In this document: positions 57,517-64,000 of the stretch, piece after piece
How the letters are laid out: the number at the start of each line of letters is the position of its first letter
How positions within the stretch are numbered: position 1 is the first letter of the stretch
Assembly (NCBI GenBank): GCA_964019425.1
Contig: OZ025787.1
Coordinates: 1,488,001-1,552,000 of the forward strand
DNA length: 64,000 bases
From: Flectonema sp. DT1601
Lineage: Eukaryota
Direction: 5' to 3'
Translations under genes and position numbers: made by a program
The notes under the pieces: generated by a model
What the model was told of the DNA's origin: nothing
Seen by the model: the letters and a program-made list of their open reading frames with translations, nothing else
Databases searched by the model: none

Positions 57517-60500
57517 ATGATAACAAAATGTTTGCAAGTTTTGATTTCTTTTGTTCTATTTGTTGGATGCCAATCGGTAGCAGTACTTCCATCTGATGCA
57601 GCAGTTAATGTGGTCGTTACGTCAGAAGGATCTGCAGGGAAGCTGTTGATGCCACAGCCAGTGTTTTCAGTGTCTTCTCCTTCTCAGGGAGTTGTTCAAC
57701 TATCAAATGGTAGCACTGCTGGAATGAAACTACTCAGCGGACCTGGAATGATTCAAGGAACACTTGTGACTACTGTTGATGGTCAAAACCAATTTAAATA
57801 TTACGACATCACTGCGACATCACCAGGAACGTATTTAGTTCAAATAATTATCACCATCCCAGGTATCAGTTCTCTTGTTAAGGAAATATCATTAGCAGTC
57901 CGTCAAGTGTTTCCAACTACTACTCGACTTGTAACTGATAAAGGGATTATTGGAACTCCAAATAATAAACTAATTCCTCAACCAATGTTGATGTTAGTCG
58001 ATGATATTGGTGTGGCATCACCGGCCTTGACTCCTTTCTTTAAAGAAGTTTATTGTATAATAGCAACAGTCTCTCCTCTGCTGACGCTAAAGCGTGGAGA
58101 CACCAGAAGTAATGTTTCTGCTGATGGAGTTCGGTTTGAGTTTGCAGATCTGGGAATTGATCTCGTTGGGTATCACGAGTTGACTGCTTCTGTTACTCTA
58201 GTACTCGCATCTGGACACACGTACACGTTAAGTGTCGATAATTTCTTTGTAAACATCACGAAAAACAGAGCTTACCCAACTGGAGCAGTCTCTGAAAGTC
58301 CTCCTTTTGGTATCGTAAACCAATACCTGAGTAATAAGATTAGTATTCGTTTACTTGGTGTTCCTGATGAAGCTAAAGCATCTATCAGTCTGTTGTCAGG
58401 TCAGGGAAAACAACTCGACGGTTCAATCACTAACGTCCACGTTGATGAAACGAAGACTCGAATAACATTTAATGACGTCATCCCTCGTGTGGTTGGTGTT
58501 TATGATATTCAAGTAATCGTTACTTTATCAAATGGAATAGTCTACACTGTTCCTATTCAGTTTAGTGTTGCTCCTTCTGAGAATCAACCAGACTGTGTTT
58601 GTGTTCTACAACATGGATCAGGTAGAATTGGTATTCCACTTTTCAATATTCCAATAATCGCTCTGTCTTCAGGATGTCTGTCAGGTTCTTGTAGTGCGAG
58701 TAATCATCTTTTAGTAATAAAGAATAGCACGTCATCGATATCTGGTACGAACATAAATGGATTAGTTGTTGGGAATCAAGACCCAACTGGAAGATTCTTT
58801 TTTCACAACTTAACATTTCCAGCTGAGGGGAACTTTCAACTAACCGCAACTGTTGTTGTTGGAGCCAACTCGTTCTCAGTTCCAATTTTTATCGACATAT
58901 CGCAAGCGATTGGATCGGCGTCACAAGTTGTTACAATTCAAAAACTATCAAGAGCGAGTGACTTCGGTGAGATACTCAGCCCTCATCCAGAAGTTGAATT
59001 GTTAGCTGAGGGTGGGTATCCACCTCCAGCAGATAATTATCAAATTGTTGCTAATTTACGAGAACTTAATTATGGAGCAGCGATGACGTATTTAATGATC
59101 AGAGGAACTGATTCGGTTGGTTATCGTTTTGTATTTGAGAACACGACAATACAAAAACAACCAAATGGTAGTCCTCCTCAAGGACTTTATCATATTGATG
59201 TTTTAGTTATCCTTCCTGGAGGGAGAGGTTCTCTCAGAACTTCGATACCCGTTTTGATAAGTGGAGCTATCTCACGTCCTGCTCGTATTCTAAGTAACTT
59301 CAAAACCGAATATGAGACTCCCCTGTCTGGAGAATGTCGATACAATCCTTACTCAGTGAGTGTTGTTAATAATAGTAAGGAACTCACTCTTGCTAAGGAA
59401 ATGTTTCCAAATCTTAATAATAAAATAGTAAACAGTTCTACTTCATGTCAACCATCAGATCAAATATCACCTGTTGAAGGAGGTGAATATTTCATCTCTA
59501 CTTCCCTTCATCTCGATGACGGTACTGTCCTCTCTGGAGAAGAAACCATTTGCGTTCAGGGACAAGTGTCTCAGTGTGGTGGTCCATCAAATTCTTATTT
59601 AATAACTTTACTGACGGTAATCGTTGGATTTTTACTTTTAATTATTTGCTACTTGATAACTGTAATACGAGACGCTGGTATCTCACTGACTGACTTAAAG
59701 AAGAAAACATTACCTCGCGTTCAAAGATCATCCGCGTCTGCTGTTTCTCAACAGCAGACGCGGATGTTGGAACCGCTGCTGAATAAAACTCAAAGAAGTC
59801 CAACTAATAACATCAGTAGAGTACAGACATCAATACCTCACAACGAGGAGTACTCATCTGAAGAAGAGGAAGGTGAGGAGTGCGAAGAGGAGGAAGAGTT
59901 CGAAGAGGAAGAAGAAGAAGATGAGCTTCCCATCAATAAAGGCTACCTCACTTCTCAATATCCTATGGTTCAGTTTGCAGGCAATCAGAGAACTAGTCGT
60001 GGCAACACCATTCTTCCATCTAGTAATAAAAAGAATCCTCCAGCAGCACCTATTCAACATATTCAACAAACACTTCCTTCTGATTCCAGTCGTAGAAGTA
60101 GCACCAGTACTACCAGTGGAAGTTCAAGTTGTGGTACTGCTGAGATATTTATTGAGGAAGTAGTAAATCCTCGCTTCCCTACGACACCAGATTTCCATTT
60201 TCCTCCTCACCCGCATGCTCAGCTCTCGTCTGTTGAACATCGAATCCGATCGACGAGTAATAATTTATTTTCAGCCCCGCCCGATGCTCACCGACCATCG
60301 TGGTCTCCTTCAGTTCAGCCGCTCCCGAAAAGTCAGGTCGCTCCGCCATCTGCGGAGCGACCTGACTTTTCGGGAGCTAAGAAGGATGCTCAAAATATGG
60401 AGGCTGCGGAGATTGAATTTTGGAAACGTGCCCTCAGTCAGTTGAACGGAGGAACGGAGTTACCGATCACTCCTGTTGCTGCAAAACAAGAAATATCACC

Positions 60501-61218
60501 GACTGTGGGTAGTCAACTAGTTATGAAGCAGCAGACAAACAGCCACATTCTCGCTCCAGCACCACCACCTGAGTTGTTACCAACACTTGTACCTGTTGCT
60601 GCTGTACCTGAACGTAAGAGTAGCATCAAACCACAAGTTAGTAGTCCTCCTGAGAAGAGTCACACTACTAATCATCCTCCATCTAACTCAAATGGGAAAC
60701 ACGGTCAGCGCCGCCGATCGTCCAGCAAGTGGTCTGATTTCGGTCCTCAGCAGCTTCAACAGCAACCTCTTGTTCAGAAACCCGCACTCACTCCGGAACA
60801 AAAGCAAGAATTGACAGCATTTGCATTTAGCCGAGTAAAGCCTCCTTTACTACAGCAGACTGATAGCGCTGTAGGTCAGTCTGAAAATGTCAAACGCGCG
60901 TCGAAGAATGAAGAAGCACTCACGGTTCTCATAAATAAGATGGACGGCCTCACTGATGTACTCGGGCAGCATGTTTCCCGACAAGCGCCTTCTCCAAGTG
61001 TGTCGTACACGACGACTACTTTAGATGACTCGACTTCGTTTGTTTCTTCAATCAGCAACAGCAAACCAATTAGAACACCAGCACCACTACCTCCTATTGA
61101 TAGTAAAGACTCAAGTATTCTACTTGGTGGAGTTAATAACAATGAAAGCAATCAAAAGAATAGGAAAAAGAAAAAGAAGAAGAAGAAGAAAGAGAGTGCA
61201 GCGGATGACTTGCTGTAA
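57517..61218 (+). CDS. Type I membrane protein with ~5 beta-sandwich (Ig-like) repeats and a long low-complexity cytoplasmic tail
   Basis: Signal peptide; repeats starting GKLLMPQP, NKLIPQP, QYLSNKI, GIPLFNIP, GEILSPHP; TM YLITLLTVIVGFLLLIICYLITVI. Confidence 0.8.
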   Translation: MITKCLQVLISFVLFVGCQSVAVLPSDAAVNVVVTSEGSAGKLLMPQPVFSVSSPSQGVVQLSNGSTAGMKLLSGPGMIQGTLVTTVDGQNQFKYYDITATSPGTYLVQIIITIPGISSLVKEISLAVRQVFPTTTRLVTDKGIIGTPNNKLIPQPMLMLVDDIGVASPALTPFFKEVYCIIATVSPLLTLKRGDTRSNVSADGVRFEFADLGIDLVGYHELTASVTLVLASGHTYTLSVDNFFVNITKNRAYPTGAVSESPPFGIVNQYLSNKISIRLLGVPDEAKASISLLSGQGKQLDGSITNVHVDETKTRITFNDVIPRVVGVYDIQVIVTLSNGIVYTVPIQFSVAPSENQPDCVCVLQHGSGRIGIPLFNIPIIALSSGCLSGSCSASNHLLVIKNSTSSISGTNINGLVVGNQDPTGRFFFHNLTFPAEGNFQLTATVVVGANSFSVPIFIDISQAIGSASQVVTIQKLSRASDFGEILSPHPEVELLAEGGYPPPADNYQIVANLRELNYGAAMTYLMIRGTDSVGYRFVFENTTIQKQPNGSPPQGLYHIDVLVILPGGRGSLRTSIPVLISGAISRPARILSNFKTEYETPLSGECRYNPYSVSVVNNSKELTLAKEMFPNLNNKIVNSSTSCQPSDQISPVEGGEYFISTSLHLDDGTVLSGEETICVQGQVSQCGGPSNSYLITLLTVIVGFLLLIICYLITVIRDAGISLTDLKKKTLPRVQRSSASAVSQQQTRMLEPLLNKTQRSPTNNISRVQTSIPHNEEYSSEEEEGEECEEEEEFEEEEEEDELPINKGYLTSQYPMVQFAGNQRTSRGNTILPSSNKKNPPAAPIQHIQQTLPSDSSRRSSTSTTSGSSSCGTAEIFIEEVVNPRFPTTPDFHFPPHPHAQLSSVEHRIRSTSNNLFSAPPDAHRPSWSPSVQPLPKSQVAPPSAERPDFSGAKKDAQNMEAAEIEFWKRALSQLNGGTELPITPVAAKQEISPTVGSQLVMKQQTNSHILAPAPPPELLPTLVPVAAVPERKSSIKPQVSSPPEKSHTTNHPPSNSNGKHGQRRRSSSKWSDFGPQQLQQQPLVQKPALTPEQKQELTAFAFSRVKPPLLQQTDSAVGQSENVKRASKNEEALTVLINKMDGLTDVLGQHVSRQAPSPSVSYTTTTLDDSTSFVSSISNSKPIRTPAPLPPIDSKDSSILLGGVNNNESNQKNRKKKKKKKKKESAADDLL

Positions 61219-61621
61219 CCGTTCCTGTGATGTAATGTGTTGAGGGTAGAATACGTCTTTGGTACGCTATTTAGTACTCATTGGCTCCTCTTAGTGAGAG
61301 TATTTATTAGTTTATTATATTTCTGTTATGTTATTTCATTAGTATCTGTGTTGTTTTTTAATTCTTCTTCCTTAACTGAGGAATGAATGAACAGCCGCAG
61401 GACGCAGTTGTCAATAAATATTTCTGAAAGAAATAATTACTTCGTAAGTTAGATCTGAATAGAGTTCTTCCGTTGGTGTTGTTATCGAAGTTGATTCGAA
61501 TTCAGAAAACATTTTAACAACAGGAACATCAACTGAGATGATAGAGAAGAAGAATTGTAGTACTCTGATGTTGTTGTGATCATTTTCATTCCCCCCTCAG
61601 AAATTCTAAAAAAGATAAAAT

Positions 61622-62822
61622 ATGTTGAGCGTCTTCGAGAGTAAGCAAACCAGAACCCCAGTGTGGGCCATGAGACAGGCTGGTAGATATCTTCCTGAGT
61701 ACATGGCGTACACGAAGGGTACCAACTTCTTTGACAACTGTCAGACTCCAGACCGTGCTTGTGAAATTACATTACAACCGAGAAGACTCGATATCGACGC
61801 AGCGATCCTGTTTTCTGACATTTTGATCATCCCTCAGGCGCTGGGTATGATCGTCCGCATGGATCCTGGAAAGGGACCGCAGTTCGATGCCCCTCTAACT
61901 AAGATCAGTGACATCACTCCAGTGACAAGACCGATTCAAAAGAAACTTCCTGACTTGGACATCAAAAAGTCATTCGAACTTACTTGGGATCCAAAGAACC
62001 AGGTCGGACCAAAGCTTGTTGAAAGTCTTTCCTACACCAGGAAGGCAATCAAATTGATTCGCGAGAAGTTAAACAACGAAATCCCTCTAATCGGATTCAC
62101 AGGAGCTCCATGGACACTCATGTGCTACATGATTGAAGGTGTTAGTAAAGCGTCGTATGCTGGTGTAAGAAGATGGTTCTATGAGTGCCCACAGGAAGCT
62201 AAGAACCTTTTAGGGTTGGTAACAAATGCTTGTATTTCGTTACTTATGATGCAGATCGAATCAGGTGCTCAGATGATTCAATTATTCGAATCACACGGTG
62301 GAGAGATAACCCCAGAGTGCTACGCTGACTTTGAGCTTCCATGTCTCAGACTTATCGCTGAGACTTTGAAGAAGCATCACCCGACTGTTCCAGTTATTCT
62401 CTTTGGTAGAAACCTTCGTCTTGAGACACTCGAGTTGACGATGTCGAGCACTGCTTTTGATGCTTACTCATTCGATTGCAATACCGATATGACTGCTGCT
62501 TGTGAATTAGCTAAGAAGTACAATAAAGTAGTTCAGGGTAACTTTGATCCTTGTATTCTATTCTCACCAATTAGTGAGATCAAAGAAAAGACAACCGCCA
62601 TGCTCACAAAGGTTGCTGACGTGATGGGAGTCAATGAACATGGGATTCCAAACCACTACATTGCAAACCTCGGGTGTGTTATTTATTATTTCTTATTGGT
62701 AGTGCATCTTAAGAACTAAAATAAAATAAAATAAAATAAACAGTTGGGGAATGCTTCCATCCCACAAGCCTGATGCCCTTCAGGCATTTATTGACAGCGT
62801 CCACGCATTCAAGAGAAAATGA
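61622..62822 (+). CDS. hemE: Uroporphyrinogen decarboxylase; join(61622..62673,62744..62822), 376 aa
   Basis: PVWAMRQAGRYLPEY, AAILFSDILIIP, PLIGFTGAPWTLMCYMIEG, VQGNFDP. The spliced C-terminus reads YIANLGWGMLPSHKP. Confidence 0.95.
62674..62743 (+). other. cis-intron, 70 nt
   Basis: GTGTGT...(TAAAA)n TAAACAG; restores the UROD C-terminal motif. Confidence 0.9.
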
Positions 62823-63638
62823 GTTACACGAAACATAAAGCTTTCCAGACTGTAGTGGTCTTAGCAGTTTGATCTTTTGTTTAATTAGTATTAGTCGCAA
62901 AAGAAAGATAAAAAAAAACAGAACTTTTTTTTTTTTTTAAAGTTATTTTTCCGTTTTTTTTTTTTTTTTTTGTGATCTCCTAAGTTAGGTATTAAAAACC
63001 CGATTCGGAGTGAACAGAGAAAAGTCGTTCGCAGTGATTCAGTTTTTCACAAATTACTTTGCAATCCGCCTCCCATAAGGTAATTGCAGAACGTCATATT
63101 AGCCCCTTACTCGTAACACCTGATGGGTGTCGCACTTCCTCTTCATGTTTCTTAACCCTTCCCATTTGATCATATTACGATTACGTTTTCCTTTCAGAGT
63201 TCGCAAAGACTTTTTTTTGCGACTTTCCTGTCGATACGCCAAACGGTCAAAAATCGGCGATTTCCTTTATTTTTTATTGACAACAGGGAAGTGAACAAGG
63301 AAATTACATAAGGTATGCTGGATGTTTTGTTTTTGTTATTTCCATTTGTTAGTAATTCGGAGACGCAATGTGACTCCTTTCTGTCTTCCGTCTGGCGTTT
63401 GTTAACGCACTCAGTGTACCTGACCTCTTATACTAGCAGGTCAGCTGAATAACTCTGCGAGAGCTGATAATTGCTGGGGATCTGTTCGTTACTTTTTTTA
63501 CTTTACAATCAGACGACGTAAACAACACATCCGTTGGTTGAGATGATGAGGGTAATCAGGAGGTCAATTTAATTGTGGTTTATCAACAAGTTAACAACAA
63601 TTACTTCTTCTCAAGGAGGTGCGTCGTGGGGATCAAAT

Positions 63639-64000
63639 ATGAAACGAGTTGCCTTTCGAGATCCTCCAGGAACTATGCTGCCTGGAAGTGGAGGTCTGGT
63701 CAACATGGCGAGATTGCGAACACTACCAGCAGATCAAAAGAAAGAAATGATAAGACGACTACAAGTGAGAAGATATCGGCAGCGACTGGCAGAGATTACG
63801 GTGGCGCAATGGAAGTGGTTCGCACGAAAGGGACTTTCTCGTATTCAAAAAGAGAGGCAGCAGGGTAGGTTAGTAATCGCATCAGCCTGTTATCGGAGGA
63901 GTATTTTATCAAAACTATTCGATGCGATGGTACATTATAAGAATGACCGAATTCAACGACGTGAAGTACACCTCGCACATACTTTCTTCAAGCGTCGATT
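63639..64000 (+). CDS. Partial CDS running off the window end; basic helical protein, possibly Sfi1-like repeats
   Basis: MKRVAFRDPPGTMLPGSGGLVNMARLRTLP...AQWKWFARKG...LFDAMVHYK...; open to 64000 and absent from the ORF track. Pyrimidine tract + AG upstream. Confidence 0.7.
   Translation, partial: MKRVAFRDPPGTMLPGSGGLVNMARLRTLPADQKKEMIRRLQVRRYRQRLAEITVAQWKWFARKGLSRIQKERQQGRLVIASACYRRSILSKLFDAMVHYKNDRIQRREVHLAHTFFKRR

Noticed and set aside
8084..61151. Antisense and alternate-frame ORFs overlapping the real genes
   Set aside because: Shadow ORFs of + strand CDSs with no independent motifs.
12508..62822. Stop-codon reassignment, frameshifting or non-canonical introns to explain split ORFs
   Set aside because: Every split is resolved by a GT-AG intron that restores the frame, and TAA, TAG and TGA all terminate genes.
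1..64000. CRISPR array, telomeric repeats, intact transposase or reverse transcriptase
   Set aside because: No regularly spaced repeats, no (TTAGGG)n tract and no such ORF motifs were seen.

Overview
Eukaryotic, AT-rich genomic window, most likely from a euglenozoan protist and probably a diplonemid. This is inferred from four things: all ~20 protein genes lie on the + strand, each has a pyrimidine tract + AG just upstream of its ATG, there is a relic of the euglenozoan spliced leader, and several short cis-introns are present. Recognisable genes are a dually acylated START-domain protein, a Kelch-repeat protein, a PDZ/RRM/CCCH protein, a CCCH zinc-finger protein, DPH3, a CotH-like kinase fused to a beta-helix, chorismate synthase, an EF-hand LC4-like protein, exosome RRP42, Timeless, an EGF + glycosyltransferase-like protein and uroporphyrinogen decarboxylase. 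There is also a minus-strand tRNA-Arg(UCU). Nine GT-AG introns can be reconstructed by frame restoration. They share an unusual grammar: GTNTGT-like donors and A/AC-rich acceptors with no polypyrimidine tract, the opposite of the pyrimidine-rich putative trans-splice acceptors. Most are 61-74 nt and lie near gene 3' ends. Other notable non-coding signals: an antisense spliced-leader relic heading a degraded retrocopy next to the tRNA; a ~100-nt LSU rRNA 5' fragment inserted antisense just after a stop codon; candidate single-hairpin AGA-box (H/ACA-like) RNAs, one inside the only long intron; and a small dispersed repeat family. Two long homopolymer-rich blocks (1-7900 and 22240-33690) have no convincing genes. 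All family calls are from motif recognition by eye; no searches were run.
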